Translations under genes and position numbers: made by a program
In this document: positions 61,501 through 64,000 of the stretch, piece by piece
Numbering within the stretch: position 1 is the stretch's first letter
Layout of the letters: every line of letters begins with the position of its first letter
NCBI GenBank assembly: GCA_965116335.1
Contig: OZ220677.1
Coordinates: 228,131 to 292,130, forward strand
DNA length: 64,000 bases
Reading direction: 5' to 3'
Source of the DNA: Arenicellales bacterium
GTDB taxonomy: Bacteria > Pseudomonadota > Gammaproteobacteria > Arenicellales > Poriferihabitantaceae
Notes under the pieces: model-generated
The model's input: the letters and a program-made list of their open reading frames with translations, nothing else
Told to the model about the DNA's origin: nothing
Database searches by the model: none

Positions 61501-64000
61501 CTGCGGCCGCCGACCCGGTGACGGTCAATTACGCAAGCTCGGACGACGACGACACTGCCACGTCCGGAACTGACTACGTGGCCTTGCCTGTCGGCACGCT
61601 CACCTTCGCGCCGGGGCAGACCGTAAGGACTTTGGCGGTTGACGTGATCGCCGACAATCTTGCCGAGGACGACGAAACGGTGGCACTGGTCCTGTCCGAG
61701 CCCGTGGGCGCGGTCTTTTCGACGGGCAGCAATACGCTGGTCGCAAGGGGTACGATCGTGGACGACGACTACGACGTCGAGGTGTCGATCCACCGTACCG
61801 GCGCGGCTACCATCGAAGAGGGCACGAGTTACAATGACATCGAAGGCGGCAAGATCGAGTTCACCGTTTCCCTGAGCCGGGCACTCGGAGCCGCCGAACG
61901 TGTCGACGTGCCGCTGGCGATTTCCGGTACGGGGGTGGAGGCCGACGACTTCGCGGCGCTCGCATTGGCAGACGGCGAAACGTTGAATACCGGCGTGCGG
62001 CTTAAGGACAGGCAAACGCTCAGCCCCACCGTGGTCTTTGCCGGCGCCGGGGCGCGCACCGCGACGCTCGAACTGAAACCGGATGATCGCCGGCTCGAAG
62101 AGTCGGAGAGCGAGACGGTCACCGTCGCCGTGGGCAACAATGCCGCGCTGGCCGCGCAACGCCGCACCACCGTGACCGATCTGGCCCGGCATCCGACCGA
62201 CAACCGCTTCGACGTCACCGTGTTTGATGACGAGCACCTGATGAGCTTTGCCGTCGCCAACGACCGCCTGTATGTACCCGAGGGGGCACACAGCGTCAAG
62301 CTTCAGGTCAACCAGTCGCGGGCACTGCGGCGCGACTCGACATTCAGGCTGTTCTACTACGACGATATCCGCCTGACAGCTATCGGTCCTGACACGGTGG
62401 GGTCTCCCGGAAACACGACTTCGGGAGATGATTACAGGCCCGCTTTCGAGTGGCCTGAATATGCGACCATCGAGGCGGGCGAAACCTCGACAACAGTCGC
62501 TTTCGAACTGGTTGACGATACGGACAGGGAAAATGTCGAACGGGTGCGAATTCAGCTCAGACCGTACCACGAGCCGGAGGGTTTTCTGCCCTATGAGGTG
62601 AGGGATGTGGTGGATGTCTACATCGTCGATAACGACAACCATCAGGACGGCGACGGCGTGACGTTCTCGACGGGCAGCCTGAGTGTCACCGAAGGCGGTG
62701 TGGCCGGTACTTACACCGTCGCGCTCAATACCAACCCGGTTGAGGACGTGACGGTGACGGTAGATGTGCCTGCCGCGCATCAGGATGTCTTGACCGTGCA
62801 GGCGCCGGGCGGTACGGCAGGTGCCAGTGCCACGCTCACCTTTACCGGCTCCGGCTCCGGCATCTGGAGTACAGCACAGACCGTGACCGTGACCGCCCTG
62901 GAAGATGCGGACACGGTGAGCGAAAGCGTGAGCCTGATGCACAGCGCCAGCGTCACCGACACCGGCAATCCCTACCACGGCATCACGATCGATCCGATGA
63001 CCGTGACCGTGACCGACAACGATACCACGGCCGGTGCCGGTGTCAGCATCGTGGAGTCCGGTGGTGGCACCGCGGTCGGCGAGGATGGTACCACCGACAC
63101 CTACACCCTGGTACTGAACACCCGGCCAGCCAGCGATGTGACAGTCACGGTGACAGCTGGCGCCGGTGCCGAGGTGAACAAGTCCGGCGGCACTGCCGGG
63201 TCTGCCCAGACACTGACCTTCAGCCCGGCCGGGGCTAACCTTTGGAGTACGGCGCAAACCGTCACGGTCTCAGGCGTCGATGACGACATCGACAATGCGG
63301 GAGACGAGCGCGCCGTGGTGATCAGTCACGCGGCGAGTTCCAGCGACAACAGCTACACCATTGCCAACGCCGGCAAGCTATCGGTGACCGTCAGCGACGA
63401 TGATACCGCCGCAGTGGCTGTGTCGGAAACCTCGCGCACAGTGGCGGAGAACGGCGGCACCGCCACCTACACGGTGCAGCTCGAATCCGAGCCGCTGTCC
63501 GATGTGGTCGTCACCGTCACTTCTGACGATAACACGGCAGTAACGCTTGACGGGCCGGACCAGGCGACCACCTATACCGACTCCGAGAGCCTGACTTTCA
63601 CGCCGGTGAACTGGAGCGTGCCGCAAACCATCACGCTCAAGGGCGAGGACGACAATTTCCCGAGCCCCGGCGGGCGAACGGCCACCATCAGCCACGAGAT
63701 CAGGACCGGAAAGGGTGACGGCAGCCGCTACACGTCGGATACTCCGTCGATCGCCTCTGTGACGGTCACAGTCGCTGACGATGACACGCCTTCGGGAAGC
63801 ATTCAGGTCATGCAGTCGGGCGGCGCCACTTCTGTGAGCGAGGACGGGAGCACTACCGACAGCTACGATATCCGGCTGTGGAGCGCGCCCGCCCACAACG
63901 TGACCGTTACGGTGAGCGCCGAACCGGGGGTTTTGGTGAACAAGGCCGGGGGCAGCGCCAGTGCCAGTGCAACACTCACCTTTACCCCAAGTGGCGCCGG
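37527..64000 (+). CDS. Giant repetitive surface protein (Calx-beta-like / Ig-like / FN3 modules), 5' part only: at least 8,824 codons, no stop in the window
   Basis: Not in the ORF track. The frame with codon starts divisible by 3 is open from TAA 37326-37328 to the window end. I hand-translated 37.5-46 kb and 56.9-64 kb continuously, and the rest is covered by the in-frame repeat structure. No + strand track ORF uses this frame in the region. The N-terminus from ATG 37527 is MQLLLVSVAMLFLLSVAEA/SLAATVEVQDDDDD (signal-peptide-like); GTG 37524 or ATG 37335 are alternatives. The last codons are ..SASATLTFTPSGAG. Canonical Calx-beta modules include PVLSMTGGQVDEGDSGTAGLTFTVNLSAASGDTITVDY...GTATRGADYAAVTDGTLTFEPGVISKTLMVKVIGDLDAESDETVALFL. 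An FN3 domain is PVSFTATPGDGQVSLAWSAP...YQYRY...TVTGLINGTQYAFELRAVNAAGDG. Confidence 0.85.
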   Translation, partial: MQLLLVSVAMLFLLSVAEASLAATVEVQDDDDDKPGVVVSESSLALTELGASSTVAKTYTLALATDPGADVGVTVTSGDPTAVVVDTDSVRTGNQNTLTFTHGNSGNWKTAQTVTVRALNDGNATGETVAISHAAAVSSDPGNPYHQVPVDKVSVSVTDAGHGVTVSDSALSVHAGDETATYTIVLKSAPGGTLEVTPTSSDSAKAVVSAALSFNDSNWDEPQTVTVTGKGAGSVTITHSVTGATTDYPTSTTIPSMAVTVMAARPTVGIGPVYVEVTEGDDTEVTVTVTLSAALTSDIVIPLSTQHFERGATAGSDYTVPSPFSVTISTGATNKTLTIPIIDDEIAEDNELFNVVLDTASLPPAVRAGPNVSVAVIIKDIDEAVLVSISPESTEVKEGGSVEVTARLAEAIQADATIGVSLRQVRFAQAGRDYTDPAPGSTVDFSLSIPAGKTRASATITTIDNGESLLNTDELKGNSEIHAALLADGLIEHGLRIDGENASTHITILENDAVIVTETDSATVVSEPSGTDTYQIRLAGVPEKGTVSIEARAGDGLQVSSGGGVAASSVTLDFNTTTWDTPQTVTVSAVDDDIDNPGGRRMAKIVHTVTSTMDAPQYAGMIVEDIAVAIIDDDMAASDIAVTLSAESGDLAEDGSDKVVTVELSRLPADGESLEVPLTFGGTAQRGVDYAVSAVVSEVTVISEDGVGVKQAANGVTYANLASGSASVTFTGGSGNAVSASFRIETIADAVDEDTSETVTVELGDLGEGATGSGSLSFVITDDDTAGVAVGAASASVAVGGETSYTLRLTSQPLGTVAVTPTSDDATVVAIASIAGTRAKWAVFDADNWNEAQTVTLSGVATGGPVNVSHAVTYAAGGGYGTDLSIDPLAVTVTAAPVPVKPVLNLALSKDTMVEGESTELTLSVTGATQAVTVATADLLSVTGVAASDYLLPDLPAQLTFRAPDYVQTFGLLALYDEADESNEALTVGFGSGFPATFDQGTEASVTIIDANPTKVTVLAGEDDMVDLVEGDETGVTVTLSRALAAGETVTVPLTVAGTDVDASDYTLTLDSGAVNPGVSLNTSAPYSAAQPAVVFTGSDDAGVTTAALSFAVVDDGVAEGREVLTLWMGTLDSNLDRASGTGADGTVAGGTPVLIRVRDLAVSATAPAVKVSPSYLEVTENGTPGLYYVWLASDPGQAVTVNLTSGDATRVRVEPSQLTFTSSGETIWSQPQAVRVTARPDADVIQGNNVTITHTVSGYTGVSSVSDVIVRLRDAGHGVIASSRTLDVSEGGTAEYKLRLKSQPTHAVTITPRVSDSGQVLKAGAAVTFQPNEWNTDKAIALSGLSPGRATVLHEVSSTDTNYDDMSGIVRIGVTVAAAPSRISGASFTIVPVATRVPGGTAAAFTVSAANALTGEVAVEVVIGDVGGVVAAGEFLSRKLIVPAGGSATFNVKTRSFTEDRPDGAITATLASRYGGASARIAVVDNIATAVSLVPGKKSSLLEQTPADKAQVTVMLARDLVAGEIVDVPLVFATTDGVALPGAAQPHIALSARGVGVTLRDETTASPKLRFTGGAGNERVATVEIYATTEDDSNLTDDAFTVTLGDLDAATLGTTVSGGAVAGAGSNLATLTLVDNDAFVTVSDAQAAEGEALEFMVTLPNPAPADGVTVGYTLADGSDGAVYSRATTPDDFGGRSGSLEIAQGASSGTISVATVDDNVYESDHHFEVRLTSTTHGTLHSTHYRATGTIEDDADTPVFGFLSGLHRVTEGNRILVSVALGGSTTSLVPATLHYAPAGDGDTAAAGDYAGASGMLTFAAGATRQQVTVRAIDDSVHDIDEHFTVVLTAGEHARVSDTQVAPFGRTKIEIADNDPVKVGVEAPDEVREGETVTFMLRPDITVENDLNLKVRITQGGDYVTPTAIRQYTVVLHGGTNSVSLSISTSDIDSHENDGWVRATLLPGAGYGIDASRLHATTVIDGAEPSVSLRAVAGEVIEGNDAEFTVSTDFAPARDLDISLRVVQDGDYAANGQIGSKQVTLSAGQTEATYAVQTDDDAVEESPGSITVSLVQGAGYKADAESQPASIAVIDDETPEVRIEASDAQVTEGDSATFTVRLLASIGSPVTVAYQVSGTSGYVTAATDTVVVPTSGSAQITVPTVNVPGDTPDGELTVAATTGAGYRLTEGSTHTIEVADDEPTIVSIRGSGSMIEGNTAKTAELTVTLSRSLVEGEKVTVPLRFATRERDFLSGALSRRDVVVHAAGANIARLTDTQQLGSGVRLFGPSSKQLAGQRTPPNAANYAVEFTGGAATPTTATLKLTARAERTPNDEKDAKINVSFRSFSSAALTNVGGGIQANRGHNSALFIVEDKDKPDTTAPQVSSITRQLPTTTPTHADQLTWRVTFSEPVVNVDAADFVVAGTTASLSVSQVSSSVYDVRASGGNLASLNDTVTLGFNASHNIADANGNALAANPTPTGSHDNTFVVDNTAPTVTITVPSTSGAISGAVTATFTFDEAVSGFETSDIAVTNAAVSGFALDTADTIWTATITPNVNGTPVTVDVAANAADDRAGNGSAAATQVSVNYTKTLGAPVSFTATPGDGQVSLAWSAPTGSAGTAAVSKYQYRYQAGASVTSATWTDIADGTDAGNSAGDETSVTVTGLINGTQYAFELRAVNAAGDGDAATNTATPVPSGDIAVTLSAESGDLAEDGSDKVVTVELSRLPADGESLEVPLTFGGTAQRGVDYAVSAVVSEVTVISEDGVGVKQAANGVTWTNLASGSASVTFTGGSGNAVSASFRIETIADAVDEGASETVTVALGDLGEGATGSGSLSFAITDDDTAGVAVDASSLSTVISVGGEASYTLRLTSQPLGTVAVTPTSDDATVVAIASIAGTRDKWAVFDADNWNEAQTVTLSGVATGGPVNVSHAVTYAAGGGYGTDLSIDGVAVTAVKPVLNLALSRDTMAEGDSAELKLSVTGATQAVTVATANLLSVTGVAAADYRLFDLPAQITFRAPDYVQTFGLLARYDEADEFNEALTVGFGSGFPATFDQGTEASVTIIDANPTKVTVLAGEDDMVDLVEGDETGVTVTLSRALAAGETVTVPLTVAGTDVDASDYTLTLDSGAVNPGVSLNTSAPYSAAQPAVVFTGSDDAGVTTAALSFAVVDDGVAEGREVLTLWMGTLDSNLDRASGTGADGTVAGGTPVLIRVRDLAVSATAPAVKVSPSYLEVTENGTPGLYYVWLASDPGQAVTVNLTSGDATRVRVEPSQLTFTSSGETIWSQPQAVRVTARPDADVIQGNNVTITHTVSGYTGVSSVSDVIVRLRDAGHGVIASSRTLDVSEGGTAEYKLRLKSQPTHAVTITPRVSDSGQVLKAGAAVTFQPNEWNTDKAIALSGLSPGRATVLHEVSSTDTNYDDMSGIVRIGVTVAAAPSRISGASFTIVPVATRVPGGTAAAFTVSAANALTGEVAVEVVIGDVGGVVAAGEFLSRKLIVPAGGSATFNVKTRSFTEDRPDGAITATLASRYGGASARIAVVDNIATAVSLVPGKKSSLLEQMPGDKAQVTVMLARDLVAGEVVDVPLVFATTDGVALPGAAQPHIALSASGTGVTLMDATTASPKLRFTGGAGDERVATVEIYATTEDDSNLTDDAFTVTLGDLDAATLGTTVSGGAVAAAGSNLATLTLVDNDAFVTVSGAQAAEGSDVEFAVTLPNPAPAGGVTVGYTLADGTGGAVYSRATTPDDFGGRSGSLEIAQGASSGTISVATVDDNVYESDHHFEVRLTSTTHGTLHSTHYRATGTIEDDADTPVFGFLSGLHRVTEGDRILVSVALGGSTTSLVPATLHYAPAGDGDTAAAGDYAGASGMLTFAAGATRQQVTVRAIDDSVHDIDEHFTVVLTAGEHARVSDTQVAPFGRTKIEIADNDPVKVGVEAPDEVREGETVTFTLRPDITVENDLNLKVRITQGGDYVTPTEIRQYDVVLKGGTDSVSLSISTSDIDSHETDGWVRATLLPGAGYGIDASRSRATVVIDGAEPSVSLRAVAGEVIEGNDAEFTVSTDFAPARDLDISLRVVQDGDYAANGQIGSKQVTLSAGQTEATYAVQTDDDAVEESPGSITVSLVQGAGYKADAESQPASIAVIDDETPEVRIEASDAQVTEGDSATFTVRLLASIGSPVTVAYQVSGTSGYVTAATDTVVVPTSGSAQITVPTVNVPGDTPDGELTVAATTGAGYRLTEGSTHTIEVADDEPTIVSIRGSGSMIEGNTAKTAELTVTLSRSLVEGEKVTVPLRFATRERDFLSGALSRRDVVVHAAGANIARLTDTQQLGSGVRLFGPSSKQLAGQRTPPNAANYAVEFTGGAATPTTATLKLTARAERTPNDEKDAKINVSFRSFSSAALTNVGGGIQANRGHNSALFIVEDKDKPDTTAPQVSSITRQLPTTTPTHADQLTWRVTFSEPVVNVDAADFVVAGTTASLSVSQVSSSVYDVRASGGNLASLNDTVTLGFNASHNIADANGNALAANPTPTGSHDNTFVVDNTAPTVTITVPSTSGAISGAVTATFTFDEAVSGFETSDIAVTNAAVSGFALDTADTIWTATITPNVNGTPVTVDVAANAADDRAGNGSAAATQVSVNYTKTLGAPVSFTATPGDGQVSLAWSAPTGSAGTAAVSKYQYRYQAGASVTSATWTDIADGTDAGNSAGDETSVTVTGLINGTQYAFELRAVNAAGDGDAATNTATPVPSGDIAVTLSAESGDLAEDGSDKVVTVELSRLPADGESLEVPLTFGGTAQRGVDYAVSAVVSEVTVISEDGVGVKQAANGVTWTNLASGSASVTFTGGSGNAVSASFRIETIADAVDEGASETVTVALGDLGEGATGSGSLSFAITDDDTAGVAVDASSLSTVISVGGEASYTLRLTSQPLGTVAVTPTSDDATVVAIASIAGTRDKWAVFDADNWNEAQTVTLSGVATGGPVNVSHAVTYAAGGGYGTDLSIDGVAVTAVKPVLNLALSRDTMAEGDSAELKLSVTGATQAVTVATANLLSVTGVAAADYRLFDLPAQITFRAPDYVQTFGLLARYDEADEFNEALTVGFGSGFPATFDQGTEASVTIIDANPTKVTVLAGEDDMVDLVEGDETGVTVTLSRALAAGETVTVPLTVAGTDVDASDYTLTLDSGAVNPGVSLNTSAPYSAAQPAVVFTGSDDAGVTTAALSFAVVDDGVAEGREVLTLWMGTLDSNLDRASGTGADGTVAGGTPVLIRVRDLAVSATAPAVKVSPSYLEVTENGTPGLYYVWLASDPGQAVTVNLTSGDATRVRVEPSQLTFTSSGETIWSQPQAVRVTARPDADVIQGNNVTITHTVSGYTGVSSVSDVIVRLRDAGHGVIASSRTLDVSEGGTAEYKLRLKSQPTHAVTITPRVSDSGQVLKAGAAVTFQPNEWNTDKAIALSGLSPGRATVLHEVSSTDTNYDDMSGIVRIGVTVAAAPSRISGASFTIVPVATRVPGGTAAAFTVSAANALTGEVAVEVVIGDVGGVVAAGEFLSRKLIVPAGGSATFNVKTRSFTEDRPDGAITATLASRYGGASARIAVVDNIATAVSLVPGKKSSLLEQMPGDKAQVTVMLARDLVAGEVVDVPLVFATTDGVALPGAAQPHIALSASGTGVTLMDATTASPKLRFTGGAGDERVATVEIYATTEDDSNLTDDAFTVTLGDLDAATLGTTVSGGAVAAAGSNLATLTLVDNDAFVTVSGAQAAEGSDVEFAVTLPNPAPAGGVTVGYTLADGTGGAVYSRATTPDDFGGRSGSLEIAQGASSGTISVATVDDNVYESDHHFEVRLTSTTHGTLHSTHYRATGTIEDDADTPVFGFLSGLHRVTEGDRILVSVALGGSTTSLVPATLHYAPAGDGDTAAAGDYAGASGMLTFAAGATRQQVTVRAIDDSVHDIDEHFTVVLTAGEHARVSDTQVAPFGRTKIEIADNDPVKVGVEAPDEVREGETVTFTLRPDITVENDLNLKVRITQGGDYVTPTEIRQYDVVLKGGTDSVSLSISTSDIDSHETDGWVRATLLPGAGYGIDASRSRATVVIDGAEPSVSLRAVAGEVIEGNDAEFTVSTDFAPARDLDISLRVVQDGDYAANGQIGSKQVTLSAGQTEATYAVQTDDDAVEESPGSITVSLVQGAGYKADAESQPASIAVIDDETPEVRIEASDAQVTEGDSATFTVRLLASIGSPVTVAYQVSGTSGYVTANTATVTVPTSGSAQITVPTRAVSGDTPDGELTVAATTGTGYRLTEGSTSTIEVADDEPTIVSIRGSGSMIEGNTAKTAELTVTLSRSLVEGEKVTVPLRFATRERDFLSGALSRRDVVVHAAGANIARLTDTQNLGSGVRLFGPSSKQLAGQRTPPNAANYAVEFTGGAATPTTATLKLTARAERTPNDEKDAKINVSFRSFSPPALTNVGGGIQANRGHNSARFIVVDIDRSSPAAMMLTVDADTGTAGEQDSVAEDGVARTVRVTATIDGQARFSSDQSVTVKVGESGDSATKGTDYTNIGDQTIPISAGNASGYVDFVLTPTVDVLDEPAERISLKGTLSGVTFANTGITITDNDATTVTLAGDPGDLTEGASKDLRVTLGRGLVAGEILEVPLTFGGTATRGTDYTLTGTAAAGVAYSNLNSGTATVTFTGAGSGATATVATLTLTAQTDGVVGNTTETVDIRLGTLNASGLDGGTSETDSLAEFDILDSGTGVTVSETSLVLTELGVSSAVEKTYTLVLAKDPGANVEVTITSGDPTAVLVDADADQVGDQGTFTFTHGNSGNWNDPQTVTVRAVNDGDATGETVAISHVAAVSSDRGNPYHQIPVRDVSVTVTDAGRGVTVSAASLSVFEGGGAASYTLALISDPGGTLEVTPASDATNAVVSGALTFNSSDWRSPKIVTVTGKQAGSATISHTVTTPTTAYPANTMIDPVTVSVIADGAAPRHGITFIETDGETTVAEHNGPDAQDRYRIVLNTRPTHDVTVTVTAGAGLRVAAAGSAAFGNTVTLTFTPGGRNLWSIPQTVRVSVPNDLIDNEITRRTIDLTHASSSADSNYQQADAGTLSVTVIDNLTAGVKISPTRRTVGEDGGTATYTVELASRPLSDVVVTVTSDDDTVVKLDGPDAATAYTGAENLTFTPSNWNRQQTVTLEGQDDEAVNYIARTATITHKISSAANGDGSRYTPGTAIHDVHVTLADDEASDVYVSIVRTSEPRITECTPGGYEERCEIAFTVSLSRPLVKGERADIELALAGEGIKAGDFSDLTLAAGAGLNTGVRLQRAGTLRPTVIFSGSGARVATLKFDATDRQLETPVEETLTVAIADAATLAADPNTNLGETLRPSPDHGEFDVTVIDDEHLLTFSKSVYTVSEGAGAATVTLDLSRALEWDVNVKLGFEDGTAIAGQDYEQAWVFPQVATIARGQTQIELEFPIVDDSLVENTEVLTVYVQQHALPAGYAQDSATVRITDNEPTVSVSADAPSVFEGEGAGFTIVRNAVTASALAVNVNVAEADATDTIAAGDEGSRSVVIAANQASATLTIPTLDNSAMASGGGVTVTLGDATVAGAYFKADPDFATVAVEDNDTAGITITPVRVRLREADDPNTVAVQEHKATYQVRLNAPPDSAVTVTPNGDASMVTVSPASLEFTSSDWKNARTVTVTGVPDAGENPGQRRTAIVTHAVNASGNYSGVTADRVTVDVVDREPVLSMTGAQIDEGDSGTADLVFTVTLSPESLRTVTVRADVSHADGDTDSADCVCTGIATITFAPGETSKRLTIPVVGDILVEGDEALALKLLDPVNAVFEDGGDSLIATGVIRNDDDPRPVLSMTGGQVDEGDSGTAGLTFTVNLSAASGDTITVDYGGSVGDGTATRGADYAAVTDGTLTFEPGVISKTLMVKVIGDLDAESDETVALFLSDPAGAVFADAKSRIVATGVINDNDTGKPVLSVTGANVAEGDSGRPELTFTVTLSAAAADPVTVNYASSDDDDTATSGTDYVALPVGTLTFAPGQTVRTLAVDVIADNLAEDDETVALVLSEPVGAVFSTGSNTLVARGTIVDDDYDVEVSIHRTGAATIEEGTSYNDIEGGKIEFTVSLSRALGAAERVDVPLAISGTGVEADDFAALALADGETLNTGVRLKDRQTLSPTVVFAGAGARTATLELKPDDRRLEESESETVTVAVGNNAALAAQRRTTVTDLARHPTDNRFDVTVFDDEHLMSFAVANDRLYVPEGAHSVKLQVNQSRALRRDSTFRLFYYDDIRLTAIGPDTVGSPGNTTSGDDYRPAFEWPEYATIEAGETSTTVAFELVDDTDRENVERVRIQLRPYHEPEGFLPYEVRDVVDVYIVDNDNHQDGDGVTFSTGSLSVTEGGVAGTYTVALNTNPVEDVTVTVDVPAAHQDVLTVQAPGGTAGASATLTFTGSGSGIWSTAQTVTVTALEDADTVSESVSLMHSASVTDTGNPYHGITIDPMTVTVTDNDTTAGAGVSIVESGGGTAVGEDGTTDTYTLVLNTRPASDVTVTVTAGAGAEVNKSGGTAGSAQTLTFSPAGANLWSTAQTVTVSGVDDDIDNAGDERAVVISHAASSSDNSYTIANAGKLSVTVSDDDTAAVAVSETSRTVAENGGTATYTVQLESEPLSDVVVTVTSDDNTAVTLDGPDQATTYTDSESLTFTPVNWSVPQTITLKGEDDNFPSPGGRTATISHEIRTGKGDGSRYTSDTPSIASVTVTVADDDTPSGSIQVMQSGGATSVSEDGSTTDSYDIRLWSAPAHNVTVTVSAEPGVLVNKAGGSASASATLTFTPSGA
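39441..45602 (+). repeat. Giant-gene tandem unit 1 (6,162 bp = 2,054 codons)
   Basis: It starts gatattgcggtgacgttgtcggctgagtcgggcgatctggctgaggacgg, the same string as at 45603 and 51753. The offset to unit 2 is 6,162 bp at the start and 6,150 bp from about 40.4 kb onward (net 12-bp indel). Confidence 0.9.
45603..51752 (+). repeat. Giant-gene tandem unit 2 (6,150 bp = 2,050 codons)
   Basis: Antisense track ORFs recur with identical translations exactly 6,150 bp apart, e.g. 46539..47330 = 52689..53480, 48654..49523 = 54804..55673 and 45755..46279 = 51905..52429. Confidence 0.95.
51753..56912 (+). repeat. Giant-gene tandem unit 3 (truncated, ~5.16 kb)
   Basis: Indistinguishable from unit 2 by eye up to about 56,230, with scattered differences afterwards. 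Homology stops after ..ggacataacagcgca (56,912), where unit 2 continues ctctttatcgttgaagac and unit 3 continues aggttcatcgtggtcgac. The Ig-like/FN3 tail of the unit is missing. Confidence 0.9.
60693..61770 (+). repeat. Three consecutive, diverged canonical Calx-beta modules (~360-bp period) inside the giant gene
   Basis: The modules start REPVLSMTGAQIDEGDSGTADLVFTVTLS (60693), PRPVLSMTGGQVDEGDSGTAGLTFTVNLS (about 61050) and GKPVLSVTGANVAEGDSGRPELTFTVTLS (about 61410). Each ends ..ATGVI.NDD / ARGTIVDDD. Confidence 0.75.

Noticed and set aside
37052-63896. Dozens of minus-strand track ORFs over the giant gene (e.g. 60654..63257 867 aa, 39849..41180 443 aa, 43575..44705 376 aa, 56940..58064 374 aa) and short + ORFs in the other two frames
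   Set aside because: They are Arg/His/Gly/Pro-rich low-complexity translations with no recognisable motifs. They overlap each other and lie antisense or out of frame to a coherent modular protein. GC-rich, stop-poor antisense frames routinely give such ORFs. I used them only as convenient markers of repeat identity.
37527-64000. Giant protein as a T1SS RTX adhesin (LapA/BapA-like)
   Set aside because: No GGxGxD nonapeptide runs appear in the visible 8,824 codons. An N-terminal Sec-type signal peptide is present, and the paralogue with the same leader ends in an autotransporter barrel. This is not excluded, because the C-terminus lies outside the window.

Overview
GC-rich proteobacterial chromosomal window; SucD, TrxA and GuaD look close to enterobacterial sequences from memory, which suggests a gammaproteobacterium. 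LEFT 37 kb: a purine salvage/catabolism cluster (partial ABC ATPase, 8-oxoguanine-deaminase-like amidohydrolase, xdhABC, guaD, uraD, hiuH, BMP-family binding protein) is split by a 7.4-kb Calx-beta/Ig-like autotransporter adhesin gene. It is followed by trxA and a minus-strand block (Rieske ferredoxin, Rieske oxygenase, 2-hydroxyacid dehydrogenase, SulP-STAS transporter). Next come sucCD, directly followed by a NAD-type formate dehydrogenase (fused NuoE/NuoF-like subunit plus Mo-bisPGD alpha subunit) and fhs. The left part ends with a small PD-(D/E)XK-like gene and two nested IS elements. RIGHT 27 kb: one continuous + strand reading frame runs from 37527 past 64000 (at least 8,824 codons). It is absent from the supplied ORF track because it never reaches a stop in the window; the many minus-strand ORFs listed there are antisense artefacts. 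This giant gene encodes a signal peptide followed by dozens of Calx-beta-like, Ig-like and FN3 modules. It contains about 2.8 in-frame tandem copies of a 6,150-bp unit, and units 2 and 3 look identical over about 4.4 kb. Both adhesin genes are preceded by the same AT-rich leader cassette: TTGACA, then a perfect extended -10 (TGGTATAAT), then an 8-bp CCGGATTA tandem repeat with 13 versus 4 copies. The giant gene additionally has a C22 homopolymer in its 5' region, and an IS4-family element plus an ISNCY-like element are inserted exactly at the upstream edge of its leader. Intergenic DNA is filled with at least three families of REP/BIME-like palindromic units, including an ~880-bp array. No tRNA, rRNA or CRISPR array was recognised. 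All similarity and identity statements are by eye or from memory of protein families; no searches were run.
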